Shown here piece after piece: positions 8,947-17,842 of a stretch of 64,000 nucleotides of DNA. Every line of letters starts with the position of its first letter. Within the stretch, counting starts at the first letter, position 1. Source of the DNA: a virus; IMG/VR virus record IMGVR_UViG_3300009425_000015, positions 1 through 64,000 of that record; one strand, written 5' to 3'. A program made the translations under genes and the position numbers. The notes under the pieces are model-generated. The model was not told where the DNA came from. It did no database searches and saw only the letters and a list, made by a program, of their open reading frames with translations.

Positions 8947-9156
8947 CTAAGTACCTCCCCGTCTTTCGATAACTCGGAATTGACGGGGGGTGTACCCCCA
9001 CCAATGACTATAGTCATACGGTTTTCCACTTTGCCATTTGACGTACACTTTTGAGTGAAAATCCCACCCTAGCTCGTCCTCTATTCTTGCGATAATGCCA
9101 AGAAATATACAATTGTGATGCGCGCAGTGACTCTTAACCAAGTCTCCAACCTTCAC
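8947..9156 (-). CDS. SH3/KOW-like MKVGDLV protein without the DNA repeat
   Basis: MKVGDLVK...GII...VKW...FRVI; different codons (AAG GTT GGA GAC) from the array junction. Confidence 0.65.
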   Translation of the reverse strand: MKVGDLVKSHCAHHNCIFLGIIARIEDELGWDFHSKVYVKWQSGKPYDYSHWWGYTPRQFRVIERRGGT

Positions 9157-9443
9157 TCTTTGCCCTTGGTAAGTGGGAAAGGCACAAGGTTATTAATAGC
9201 TTTCTGGCTTCCCCCTCTGTCAGACAACCTCCACATGACTTTGCCAGTGTCACTATATGCTCCCTTAACACGCCCCTCGCAAACAAGCTGAATCAAAGCT
9301 ATAAACAAGTCATTGCTTTTCTGATCCTCCATGGATCCACTAGCATAGTGCTCCATCAGGGCATGCAGAATTTTGACGCCTTGTCCCAACACATTGCAGC
9401 GCAATTCTTTCTCTGTAGGAGTGTTATCAAAGTGTTTCTCCAT
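9153..9443 (-). CDS. hypothetical protein
   Basis: 96 aa, coupled to neighbours. Confidence 0.6.
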   Translation of the reverse strand: MEKHFDNTPTEKELRCNVLGQGVKILHALMEHYASGSMEDQKSNDLFIALIQLVCEGRVKGAYSDTGKVMWRLSDRGGSQKAINNLVPFPLTKGKE

Positions 9444-9444
9444 A

Positions 9445-9696
9445 TTACGTACTCTCTCTTTTTTTATTGATAATTATCAGCCATTCGTCACGAGGTTCTG
9501 CGTAGTAGTCTATTTCCTCTATAAATACTAGATGCTTGACTACCCTCGTTCTGCTATTGTAGCTACCTTCCTCCTTATCGACACTATAGGGACGAATGAC
9601 AACTGCCCTCATCCCTTTGGCGTTATTATGAAAAACATCATAATCGTGAGTTATCTCAACAATCATACCTTTTTCTATTACTCTCTCTGACGGCAT
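9445..9696 (-). CDS. SH3-like hypothetical protein
   Basis: IEKGMIVEI...AVV pattern; GAGG RBS. Confidence 0.6.
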   Translation of the reverse strand: MPSERVIEKGMIVEITHDYDVFHNNAKGMRAVVIRPYSVDKEEGSYNSRTRVVKHLVFIEEIDYYAEPRDEWLIIINKKREST

Positions 9697-9730
9697 ATGC
9701 TAGCCTCACTCATTAAATTTATGTGATATA

Positions 9731-10972
9731 TCACATGTCTTTATCTGGAATTGCTATTATGCGCTCATTTGTTGAAAAGTACGGACGTTTAGCATATTCC
9801 TCCGTCGTAATCCACATTCTCTGAGGCTTTGACGGTACAGGTTTAGGTGCCATCAAGTCAGTGAGAATGATATGTCCGTCAAAGTTTCTAGCGTTAACCC
9901 ACAAGGAGGGAGCATCGAAGCAAGTGCCGCCGCAACTAACTCGCTCCCATGTGCGGCGTTCGCCTTTCTTCCACACATATACCTTGTCTTCTGCAACCTG
10001 AGTATCGAAAGGAATTACCGTAAAGGTGGCAATGCTGGATAATTTATTCAACTCTGCGAAAAATGATGCCAGCATTCGATTACTCACAGAACCCGACTGA
10101 TCGATAGAAATAGCAACTCTGGCAACCCTATCAGACTTTTTACCAGAGTGAATATACGGATACCTACGGTTAATCCGTCTGATACTGGATTTGCGGTTTG
10201 CTTTCTGTGACGTCTTTATAAAGTATCGGAGTGTCTTTTTCCAATCAATGACACTCCGTAAACCCTTCATTATGTCTTCTCGGACAGATGCAGATACCGT
10301 ACCCCAACTGTTTGCCTTGGCAGCCTCTTCACTCGCCTGACGTACCACGTCCTTGAGTCTTTCTTTGGCTATCTCCTTCGTATCATTTGAAGCGTCTGCC
10401 CACATAGAATGCTCGTCAAGAGAGTCATAGTCTTCTATGGACGGTGATGGCTTCCCCGACGAGTCGCCTTCTTTTCCGTGTTCGGGCTTCGCGGGTGGTG
10501 CTGGCATATTCTTCATATACCATTCTGCACTCTTGCCAGACGGCAATTGCTCGAAGGGACTACCTAATACTCCAGGCTTGCAGCACCCTTCTGGCAAATT
10601 ATGTAAATGAGAGTTGATAGACAAATCTGTAGCAATATTCCACATTTTTGACATTTTTGCGCCTCCATCAACGAACGGCAGCCTGTCAGTTACATGCAGG
10701 AATACAATATGGTAAAATTCGTGTTTAAGTACATCCTTTTTCTCATCATCCGTCAACTGGGCGAAAAAATCTGGGTTATATAGCATCTCGAATTGAGCGC
10801 TCGTTGGGTTGACGCAAACCCCGGCAGTGGGTATGCTTTTACTTGGGCGTTTATCAACGCGCCGGGATATTGCTGCGAAAAATGGCTCATCCATGAGAAG
10901 GCGTGCCATGTGCAGGTTTAAGTCAAAGGCGCGAGGCTTAGAGACTTCCACTTCTTGTTGAATCCGAGACAT
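9731..10972 (-). CDS. DUF2201-type metallopeptidase plus VWA domain protein
   Basis: HEFYH (HExxH), NIATDLSIN, MIDAS-like DQSGS, GGT; adjacent to an AAA ATPase. Confidence 0.85.
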   Translation of the reverse strand: MSRIQQEVEVSKPRAFDLNLHMARLLMDEPFFAAISRRVDKRPSKSIPTAGVCVNPTSAQFEMLYNPDFFAQLTDDEKKDVLKHEFYHIVFLHVTDRLPFVDGGAKMSKMWNIATDLSINSHLHNLPEGCCKPGVLGSPFEQLPSGKSAEWYMKNMPAPPAKPEHGKEGDSSGKPSPSIEDYDSLDEHSMWADASNDTKEIAKERLKDVVRQASEEAAKANSWGTVSASVREDIMKGLRSVIDWKKTLRYFIKTSQKANRKSSIRRINRRYPYIHSGKKSDRVARVAISIDQSGSVSNRMLASFFAELNKLSSIATFTVIPFDTQVAEDKVYVWKKGERRTWERVSCGGTCFDAPSLWVNARNFDGHIILTDLMAPKPVPSKPQRMWITTEEYAKRPYFSTNERIIAIPDKDM

Positions 10973-11142
10973 AGTAACACCTCAATTTTTTCGTTTTAAT
11001 TTTCTCATCTCTTACACAAAGTATATCCTCATTATACAATTGTGTCAATAGAAAAGCGCCGTTATTATTTAATTTCCTGTAAGCAGGAGTACCAACAACG
11101 CAACCAACCAGCGAAGAAACCAAGAGACATACGATGAATAAT

Positions 11143-12207
11143 CTAATCATCAGTATCGCCTGCCAAGATTGTAACGATATAATCACTAACAGAACTACCG
11201 TCTACCTCTGCCTGGTGGAGCTTAATAGTATTATTAATATCACCAGCACCTAACACTGTCCACATTTTCATCGCAACCTCTGAAGGTAATGTTAGAAAAT
11301 ATCTGGCTAGATTGTTAACGTGCTCTTGAGGAAGCTCATCAGCAAAAGTATTTGCTCCAGCGAATTTATCAACGATGGCAGTGTGTTCATTAATTCCGAA
11401 GTTGGCTGTTCTTTCAATTTCACCCTTGATTAAAATATCCTCTACTGACACTTGCCTGTCATAAGTCGCAACAAAATCGTTAAACGATACGGCAGCCTCA
11501 AAGCCTACAAATGCGCTAGCGAGGGGATACAGCGGTGCTGTGGGTACCTCCCCATCCAACAGCTTAGAAGCGGTGAGACAGTCGCTTAAACGCTCCCACG
11601 AACGTCGTGAGGGGTATACCTTGTTTGGCTCAAAGTCATCGGAATGTTCTAGGTGGTTCCTATTGTGGTTAATAAAATCCCAGACTATAGTGTGGACTTT
11701 TCCACTAGCCCAAGTCATCCAGTCCTCTAACGAAGGTTCGATGTCAAAAACAGTCCACCTGTCTAATTCAGCAGGATCCATCTCGCCGACTTGGTATTGA
11801 GCACTGTGTTCTCCACCATTAACAGCAGCGAATACTAGCGTATCCTTATGCAGCGTGTGCCCATTCAACTTGCGACTATCTGTAAGCTCAAATATACCCT
11901 GGCGAACCTCCAGCGTTGCCCTGTCAACTTCGTCAAGAAAGAGAACCACCGGATTATCGCATGCTTGTTTGAACCAATCAGGCGGATTAAACTGTGTGCT
12001 GTTACCTTTCACCGAAGGAAGTCCAACCAGATCGCCTTCAGTCATCTGAGAAGCTCGGCGCTCAACGAGATTCATGCCGATTCGTTCGGCTGTTTGATAT
12101 ACCACTGTAGATTTGCCTATACCATGCCGCCCTCGCAAAAGGACTGGCTTGCGTACCGCAGTCACGTAATCCACAATTTCAGAAAAAGTCTTAAAGTCAA
12201 CTGCCAT
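11143..12207 (-). CDS. MoxR-like AAA+ ATPase
   Basis: Walker A GRHGIGKS, Walker B LFLDE, MDPAELDR, PSRRSW. Confidence 0.88.
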   Translation of the reverse strand: MAVDFKTFSEIVDYVTAVRKPVLLRGRHGIGKSTVVYQTAERIGMNLVERRASQMTEGDLVGLPSVKGNSTQFNPPDWFKQACDNPVVLFLDEVDRATLEVRQGIFELTDSRKLNGHTLHKDTLVFAAVNGGEHSAQYQVGEMDPAELDRWTVFDIEPSLEDWMTWASGKVHTIVWDFINHNRNHLEHSDDFEPNKVYPSRRSWERLSDCLTASKLLDGEVPTAPLYPLASAFVGFEAAVSFNDFVATYDRQVSVEDILIKGEIERTANFGINEHTAIVDKFAGANTFADELPQEHVNNLARYFLTLPSEVAMKMWTVLGAGDINNTIKLHQAEVDGSSVSDYIVTILAGDTDD

Positions 12208-12312
12208 GATAAATCTCCTAAAGTAATTAGCAGTTAATGTTTCGTTCGATGTGTAAACATCTTCTCATAAGAAAAATAATTTGTCAAGAAAAAAATGAAA
12301 TATTTAATAGTT

Positions 12313-12921
12313 TTAACTACTTGGAGACTTCTTGCTGCTTAGTCTAACTAGCGCAAGTTTACCGTATTTGGCAGCAGCGAGGACGCTAGATGTGCTCATC
12401 ATAATCGCTAACTTCAATGAACAATTCGGATGATTTGCCAAATGTCGATAACTCCCTTCAGAGTGACGATGAATTCGCGGTTGAGCTGTGTTATCTTCAA
12501 AATCAAAATATGAATGCCAGATGTCCTCTAACACGTCAGGGGGTGTGTTCGTTGGTGCCGACTTGTCATGACACGCCCAATAATTCATTACGAAGGAATT
12601 CTGTACTCTCCAAAACCCTCCATATCTGCCGTGGGCGGTGGTCGTACTTGCTCCGGCAAAATACAACTCCCTTATCACAGCATAGTCTCGCAAAGCGCCG
12701 GTACCAACCATCGACCACTTAGCAAGCAGAGATTTTCCATCCAGTATAGCGTTCATAGCTTCAGTACATATGTCAGGACGTTCGGCTAGGTAGTATCTTG
12801 CCTGTAGGTGGGCATGTTTTGCAATCCATACTTGAATATCTTCATCACAATACTGGTTTTTTGCCAGGTTATTCCACTCAATCTTAGTCATTTTGTGGAT
12901 ATTTCGACGTAGGCTACTCAT
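12313..12921 (-). CDS. helical-repeat (LRV-like) hypothetical protein
   Basis: LAxNxxC, NTPPDVL and LANHPNC repeats. Confidence 0.6.
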   Translation of the reverse strand: MSSLRRNIHKMTKIEWNNLAKNQYCDEDIQVWIAKHAHLQARYYLAERPDICTEAMNAILDGKSLLAKWSMVGTGALRDYAVIRELYFAGASTTTAHGRYGGFWRVQNSFVMNYWACHDKSAPTNTPPDVLEDIWHSYFDFEDNTAQPRIHRHSEGSYRHLANHPNCSLKLAIMMSTSSVLAAAKYGKLALVRLSSKKSPSS

Positions 12922-13091
12922 TCTTTAATTCCTCAATGTTGTCTTAAATATTTTCAATTGCCTCAATAATATCGTATCGCGTAAACCCCCAAGTAGCTGG
13001 AGGTAGGGACTCAATCTTTTCGATTTCTTTATCTATTATTGCAAATATTTCTTGTTTTGTCAAGGTATTTTTCTTTCATTCAATGTTATTT

Positions 13092-13430
13092 TCACCAACC
13101 GTAATCAGGGTAATCAGGTATGATAGGTTGAGTTTCTTCTTTTGTCTTTGTGCTGAACCTCTCATCATGAGCCTCAACAATGCAGATAGTCTCTATTACG
13201 ACGTCGCCTGAGTATCCCCCCCTATACACTCTCATCTTAGTGCCTCCGTTTAGGGTGATATAAGGATCCCTGTCTTTCACAAACTCAACAAAACTCTTTG
13301 CTGTAAATGTCTTAACGCCTCTTCCCGCGCCGTAGCGGCTGGCCTTTTTTTTCAAAGTAAATTTGCCACCCTCACACACGACACGCTTTCGTTCGTCTTC
13401 AGAGACTAAGTAAGAGATTGAAGCAATCAC
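13092..13430 (-). CDS. hypothetical protein
   Basis: GTGA coupling with the upstream gene. Confidence 0.6.
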   Translation of the reverse strand: MIASISYLVSEDERKRVVCEGGKFTLKKKASRYGAGRGVKTFTAKSFVEFVKDRDPYITLNGGTKMRVYRGGYSGDVVIETICIVEAHDERFSTKTKEETQPIIPDYPDYGW

Positions 13431-14101
13431 TTTCTAATGCTTCGATGCTTTTTGATGTTTGCCTCAAGTATGTAATACTGACGTGCGGATCCGAAGGGGA
13501 GAACCTTGTATACCTTCGATCCCTTCTTCGCATGTCTGACTGGCAAGGCATTAACCTCTAGCACCACCGCAAGGGTGTCTGTTGCTGGGTTAAAATAACA
13601 ATTGTTGTTTTCGATATAAAATTCTTTAAGTGATTTTGCAGTCCTACGAAACTGTACTATATCTCCCTGCTGGAAGACAGGTTTGGAAAAATGAGCCTCT
13701 AAGATTTTCTCTGCATACTTGTTCTCGCATACGCTTCTATACTCTTTTTCGGGGGGGATATAACCGTATGGCGCGGCACTACCGAATTTGGTAGCATGCT
13801 CTGCTACCCGTTGGACAACAGCCGTGTAGTATCCTTCTTTTTTATAATATGACAACATAAGCGAGAAAGACTCCCTAACCTTCTCGTTCGTCATGAAGAA
13901 TCCTCGCCATCGCAACTTTTCTTCAAGTGCCGATGTGTTGTATCTTTTTTCAACCTGAGAAAGCACTTCAAGTTGGCGATCAGAAAGAGTGCCATGGCTG
14001 TTCGTATGGTGAAGTACGCTTTCTAAAAAGCCTCTATCCCACGGTTCCAGCGCGTTGTGCTCGACACCTGACAACAACTCTCTCATTCTTTCAATCTTCA
14101 T
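13427..14101 (-). CDS. hypothetical protein with a C-terminal SH3-like domain
   Basis: FLES...LSDRQ N-terminus; FQQGDIVQF...YKVLP C-terminus. Confidence 0.7.
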   Translation of the reverse strand: MKIERMRELLSGVEHNALEPWDRGFLESVLHHTNSHGTLSDRQLEVLSQVEKRYNTSALEEKLRWRGFFMTNEKVRESFSLMLSYYKKEGYYTAVVQRVAEHATKFGSAAPYGYIPPEKEYRSVCENKYAEKILEAHFSKPVFQQGDIVQFRRTAKSLKEFYIENNNCYFNPATDTLAVVLEVNALPVRHAKKGSKVYKVLPFGSARQYYILEANIKKHRSIRK

Positions 14102-14349
14102 TCCATTTTCCCACTAATCCATTGTGACGGGATTCTGACATTCTTTCTATCAATCCACAGTTTCTTTCCGATGCTTGTCTCACGATGGCTTCTTACTATA
14201 AGTACCTGGATTTGGCCAACGAAGAGACCGCCGTAGCCATGTTCATCATACTTTTCCTTGGTTCTCTCTCTGCCTAGACAGACACCCAAAATAACTGTGC
14301 CAACGACGGTATGGAACGCTACTAAATCTCCTTTTTCATACATCCCCAA
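14098..14349 (-). CDS. SH3/KOW-like small protein
   Basis: YEKGDLV...GVCL. Confidence 0.6.
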   Translation of the reverse strand: MGMYEKGDLVAFHTVVGTVILGVCLGRERTKEKYDEHGYGGLFVGQIQVLIVRSHRETSIGKKLWIDRKNVRIPSQWISGKME

Positions 14350-14572
14350 CCCCTGATACCAGCATAAGCCACTTCCCCCTAATCATGACAATCCTCTCGC
14401 TACCTAACAACTTTACCATACAACTATATTCATCTGGGTGTGTATTTTCCTTAAACGCATAATGTATCCTCTGCAAAACAACACCCGAAGCGTTCGGAAA
14501 ATCAGGGGTGTACTCCTTGCACTGCACTAAGTCTCCCTGCTCAAATGGTTTGTGATCTCTCCTGCTTAACAT
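14336..14572 (-). CDS. SH3/KOW-like small protein
   Basis: FEQGDLV...GVV...LMLVS. Confidence 0.6.
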   Translation of the reverse strand: MLSRRDHKPFEQGDLVQCKEYTPDFPNASGVVLQRIHYAFKENTHPDEYSCMVKLLGSERIVMIRGKWLMLVSGVGDV

Positions 14573-14753
14573 ACTTTAACTCCCTCCTATCCATACTTAG
14601 GCTCTTTGCCCCGTCAGAGCACCACATTACCGAAAAGAAATGGTTGTGAATCTTCGCGACAACAATCCCTATATCTTTTCGTCTCCGACGATGATAGCTC
14701 AACCCCTTAGAGTAGGCAGATAGTTGAACCAAATCACCGACTTTCATTTTCAT
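14541..14753 (-). CDS. array cassette, SH3/KOW-like
   Basis: MKMKVGDLVQLS...GIVV...VMW...ELKYV. Confidence 0.75.
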   Translation of the reverse strand: MKMKVGDLVQLSAYSKGLSYHRRRRKDIGIVVAKIHNHFFSVMWCSDGAKSLSMDRRELKYVKQERSQTI

Positions 14754-14911
14754 TCGCTCAACACTTTCAAGGCACTAGATCTGACACTAAGTAACCTGTA
14801 AACTGATGATTGAATATCCACTCTCCATCCACCGTATTCGTTACGATACATTTTTGTCACAATATAAATCGCTTGATCAAGTTTCCTTCTTACCAGGCTA
14901 CCGACTTTCAC
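14750..14911 (-). CDS. array cassette, 53 aa (not in the track)
   Basis: MKVGSLVRRKLDQAIYIVTKMYRNEYGGWRVDIQSSVYRLLSVRSSALKVLSE. Confidence 0.75.
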   Translation of the reverse strand: MKVGSLVRRKLDQAIYIVTKMYRNEYGGWRVDIQSSVYRLLSVRSSALKVLSE

Positions 14912-15074
14912 TGATTAACTCCAAATCTCTTTTGGGAGTTGATGTTCTCACATTGTTGTCCCTGAACCACATAACTTGTTTATATTCCTCTGTACCGGGT
15001 ATCTCTCTGATTATTGTCCCGTACCAATTGTGCCAATTGGGATGATTGTATTTTACTAAATCACCGACTTTCAC
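14898..15074 (-). CDS. array cassette, 58 aa (not in the track)
   Basis: MKVGDLVKYNHPNWHNWYGTIIREIPGTEEYKQVMWFRDNNVRTSTPKRDLELISESR. Confidence 0.8.
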   Translation of the reverse strand: MKVGDLVKYNHPNWHNWYGTIIREIPGTEEYKQVMWFRDNNVRTSTPKRDLELISESR

Positions 15075-15255
15075 TTATCACCTCCAATTTAGAAACCGCT
15101 TCAATTGTTTTCAACCCAGCTAAATGTCCTGATCCTGGGTGGGTATGTGACCAAAGCACATGACAGTGGGCGGGTTGGAGTTGTCTGGTTTCAACAATAA
15201 TACCAGTTCGTAGGGCATCAATAGATTTATGTCTTACCAAGTCACCGACTTTCAC
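15061..15255 (-). CDS. array cassette, 64 aa
   Basis: MKVGDLVRHK...GIIV...VLW...LEVISESR. Confidence 0.8.
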   Translation of the reverse strand: MKVGDLVRHKSIDALRTGIIVETRQLQPAHCHVLWSHTHPGSGHLAGLKTIEAVSKLEVISESR

Positions 15256-15415
15256 TGATTAACTCCAATTGAATATGATCTGACGGTATACGTCCGGTTC
15301 CTAATCCCGTGAACCACTTAATATCTACTGACGATACTGGAGAGAATGGTATCACTTTTATAACGACTCCTATACCGCTGTCTGACTTCCATCTCACTAA
15401 GTCACCGACTTTCAC
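15242..15415 (-). CDS. array cassette, 57 aa (not in the track)
   Basis: MKVGDLVRWKSDSGIGVVIKVIPFSPVSSVDIKWFTGLGTGRIPSDHIQLELISESR. Confidence 0.8.
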   Translation of the reverse strand: MKVGDLVRWKSDSGIGVVIKVIPFSPVSSVDIKWFTGLGTGRIPSDHIQLELISESR

Positions 15416-15599
15416 TGATTAACTCCAAAACATCTTTAAGCATGTCTAATTCTTCGTACATTTCTTCAGTATTGCTGCCATCGCACCACAGCACAAGGAA
15501 GGTGTGCGATTCGTATTCATCGAATTCTTCTCGAAGAATAATCCCTGGAATAATAGAATGCCAGGAATATGCTCGAACAACCAAATCACCGACTTTCAT
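15402..15599 (-). CDS. array cassette, 65 aa
   Basis: MKVGDLVVR...GIIL...VLW...LELISESR. Confidence 0.8.
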   Translation of the reverse strand: MKVGDLVVRAYSWHSIIPGIILREEFDEYESHTFLVLWCDGSNTEEMYEELDMLKDVLELISESR

Positions 15600-15777
15600 T
15601 TATCACCTCCAGGTTGGTCCTATGACAAAACTCAATCTTGCCGTCAACCAACACATCGTAATAGTCCTCTTTGCCTCGCCATGGCTTATCGGGATCAGTG
15701 TTTATGACGGCAGATACCAATCCAACGCGCTTGGTTTTCCAAGGGTCCAGCCATCTTACCAAGTCACCGACTTTCAC
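15586..15777 (-). CDS. array cassette, 63 aa
   Basis: MKVGDLVRW...GLV...LEVINESR. Confidence 0.8.
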   Translation of the reverse strand: MKVGDLVRWLDPWKTKRVGLVSAVINTDPDKPWRGKEDYYDVLVDGKIEFCHRTNLEVINESR

Positions 15778-15931
15778 TGATAACCTCCAGGGAACGCGCT
15801 GTTGTCCAGAAGACCCCGTAATCGCCAGGCCAACATACTTTCACAGCCGTGTTGGGCGATGGGCGGGCGGTTTCAATGACGACGCCGATGACGGTGCCAC
15901 TGTGCTTTTTTACCAAGTCACCGACTTTCAC
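15764..15931 (-). CDS. array cassette, 55 aa (not in the track)
   Basis: MKVGDLVKKHSGTVIGVVIETARPSPNTAVKVCWPGDYGVFWTTARSLEVISESR. Confidence 0.8.
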   Translation of the reverse strand: MKVGDLVKKHSGTVIGVVIETARPSPNTAVKVCWPGDYGVFWTTARSLEVISESR

Positions 15932-16094
15932 TTACAATCTCCATTAAGCTTATCGACATAGGGCAATCATATCCGTAAACAAACACCCAATCATTCTCTT
16001 CCTCCAGCCTCCGAACAAGATATATGCCGTTGGCGGCCGGCAGGAAACGGCAGTTTCCCTCGATTTTACACCTGATAATGTCTCCCAACTTCAT
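15918..16094 (-). CDS. first cassette of a run, 58 aa (not in the track)
   Basis: MKLGDIIRCKIEGNCRFLPAANGIYLVRRLEEENDWVFVYGYDCPMSISLMEIVSESR. Confidence 0.75.
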   Translation of the reverse strand: MKLGDIIRCKIEGNCRFLPAANGIYLVRRLEEENDWVFVYGYDCPMSISLMEIVSESR

Positions 16095-16329
16095 ATAGAG
16101 TCAATCTCCCTTTGGTTATGCCCTGTATAAACAATGTCTCATCGTCCTCCCTAATGCTTACCATGACGTTTTCTAGTCTTTCGGGGGGTGGGCTTCTCAA
16201 GGCGTATTTCCACAAAATAGCACCATTACGCGCTGCTCTCCTACCCAGAAGCACACCAAGGGCATGATTGGGCTTAAAATAAACACAATCCCCAACTCTC
16301 AGCTCTATCTGCTGGACACTTTTACTCAT
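16066..16329 (-). CDS. SH3/KOW-like small protein
   Basis: LRVGDCVYF...GVLL; promoter TTGACT-17-TATAAT at 16328-16356 overlaps the ATG, so the start is uncertain. Confidence 0.6.
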   Translation of the reverse strand: MSKSVQQIELRVGDCVYFKPNHALGVLLGRRAARNGAILWKYALRSPPPERLENVMVSIREDDETLFIQGITKGRLTLYEVGRHYQV

Positions 16330-16370
16330 TATAGCTTATCTTTTGTTTGAAGTCAAATAATTATTAATTT

Positions 16371-16703
16371 TTATCTTACTCTCGCTTGCGGACAATAATA
16401 GCAAAGTCTGCGGGGGTGGTACGCACAATAATACCCATATTCCTCGTACCTATCTCCGTACCAAACTCCATGTTGCGGATAACACTCTAGCCACTCACCG
16501 TCAACCACTATCTGCTCTGTGGGATGCCTAGACTGGTACATCGGACTCCAACTACAGACGTGTAAACTTCGGCAGTCGCCGTATTCTTCACATACCCATT
16601 CCGTGTGATGGTAGTCTGGATTCTTTGGATCACATGTGTCGTCGTAATGTATGTTACATCCCATGAAGAACAGCATAGACACAAGTATTGTAATTAGTTT
16701 CAT
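16371..16703 (-). CDS. Cys-rich putative lipoprotein
   Basis: MKLITILVSMLFFMGC lipobox-like signal; ATGA coupling. Confidence 0.65.
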   Translation of the reverse strand: MKLITILVSMLFFMGCNIHYDDTCDPKNPDYHHTEWVCEEYGDCRSLHVCSWSPMYQSRHPTEQIVVDGEWLECYPQHGVWYGDRYEEYGYYCAYHPRRLCYYCPQARVR

Positions 16704-16921
16704 TGATTTACTTTCTTGAGGCTCGACGCCATTATCTTGCGATGTTCCAATTGCGATCCACCTCCCTTCTTGCACCACAACACAGAACAAAGATAATCTG
16801 TTTGACGAAACACTGCTGACTCTACCTTCATAACAAGTCCATGGCGTTCGGAGGTATCACTGAGATTACAAAAACTGTGCTGATGCACTACCAAATCACC
16901 GACTTTCACCAACTTTTTCAT
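16700..16921 (-). CDS. array-type cassette, SH3/KOW-like
   Basis: MKKLVKVGDLVV...GLV...VLW...LKKVNQ; repeat core at 16896. Confidence 0.7.
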   Translation of the reverse strand: MKKLVKVGDLVVHQHSFCNLSDTSERHGLVMKVESAVFRQTDYLCSVLWCKKGGGSQLEHRKIMASSLKKVNQ

Positions 16922-17083
16922 CTGTTTCTCCAACTGTCTATCAACATCTGGCCGGCCCACAAGCCGATTGCAATAGTTATCACGCTTCCTAGAAATTCCA
17001 TTGTCTTTCCTCCATTTGATATATCAATCATATATCATTTTTTCTCATATGTCAAGCTTATTTTTTATAAGCCTTGTTACATG

Positions 17084-17157
17084 TACCCCGGACAGGACTC
17101 GAACCTGTAACCCTCGGCTTAGAAGGCCGATGCTCTATCCAATTGAGCTACCGGGGC
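17084..17157 (-). tRNA. tRNA-Arg (anticodon UCU)
   Basis: GCCCCGG/CCGGGGT acceptor stem, GCTC D-stem, TCGGC-CTTCTAA-GCCGA anticodon arm, TTCGAGT T-loop; CCA not encoded. Confidence 0.95.
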
Positions 17158-17311
17158 TTATTGTTTTACATTCGCTTCTTACTCGCCAGAATGTTCTCTC
17201 CCTCTCAAAATCATAAAATTTTATTGTCCCACCCTCTATGTTGTCATAAAGCATGATGCCAATCTGTGTGTCATAGGTGCTCCGCCAAAGAATCAAATCA
17301 CCGACTTTCAC
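17135..17311 (-). CDS. array cassette, 58 aa, with its stop inside tRNA-Arg (not in the track)
   Basis: MKVGDLILWRSTYDTQIGIMLYDNIEGGTIKFYDFERERTFWRVRSECKTISPGSSIG. Confidence 0.7.
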   Translation of the reverse strand: MKVGDLILWRSTYDTQIGIMLYDNIEGGTIKFYDFERERTFWRVRSECKTISPGSSIG

Positions 17312-17501
17312 CTGTCACCACCTTTAAATCATAATCCCACACGTTGTTCCCTATGGTACCGTTGTTCCACAATACCTTGAACGTCTTGTTGGTGCAACCC
17401 ATGCCCTTGTTGTGTCCGACATTTTTAATAAGCACACCGAACCGATCAGTGTGAAATATCCGGTTTGGATGGTTGTCTTTTACTAAATCACCGACTTTCA
17501 C
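17298..17501 (-). CDS. array cassette, 67 aa
   Basis: MKVGDLVKD...FKVLWNNGTIGNNVWDYDLKVVTGESR. Confidence 0.8.
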   Translation of the reverse strand: MKVGDLVKDNHPNRIFHTDRFGVLIKNVGHNKGMGCTNKTFKVLWNNGTIGNNVWDYDLKVVTGESR

Positions 17502-17664
17502 TGATTACCTCCAAGTAATTTTTAGACCAGTCATTCCGGCTGTGGTTGTCATCGAGCCACTGTACAGATACTTGGCCGGAGCAGATTTTAACCACGATAC
17601 CCATAGACTTCCTGTATTTCTTCCAGCCTTTATCTCGTGGTAGCACTAAATCACCGACTTTCAC
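17488..17664 (-). CDS. array cassette, 58 aa (not in the track)
   Basis: MKVGDLVLPRDKGWKKYRKSMGIVVKICSGQVSVQWLDDNHSRNDWSKNYLEVISESR. Confidence 0.8.
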   Translation of the reverse strand: MKVGDLVLPRDKGWKKYRKSMGIVVKICSGQVSVQWLDDNHSRNDWSKNYLEVISESR

Positions 17665-17839
17665 TTAACACCTCCATGGCATGATAGCTCCACACACAGT
17701 GACCTATTGCAGTTATAACATGAATATCTGGATTCTCAAAGGGGCATTTCTCGTAACTCGGACATACGCCGCACCAGCCGACTCCCGTTACGATACCGGT
17801 ACGCCCTTGCCCATTTTGTACTAAGTCACCGACTTTCAC
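17651..17839 (-). CDS. array cassette, 62 aa
   Basis: MKVGDLVQN...GIV...MEVLSESR. Confidence 0.8.
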   Translation of the reverse strand: MKVGDLVQNGQGRTGIVTGVGWCGVCPSYEKCPFENPDIHVITAIGHCVWSYHAMEVLSESR

Positions 17840-17842
17840 TGA

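Noticed and set aside
10938-11186. 82-aa lipoprotein-like ORF between the AAA and VWA genes
   Set aside because: It overlaps both neighbours and spans a consensus promoter and RBS; it cannot be supported, although a short peptide is not excluded.
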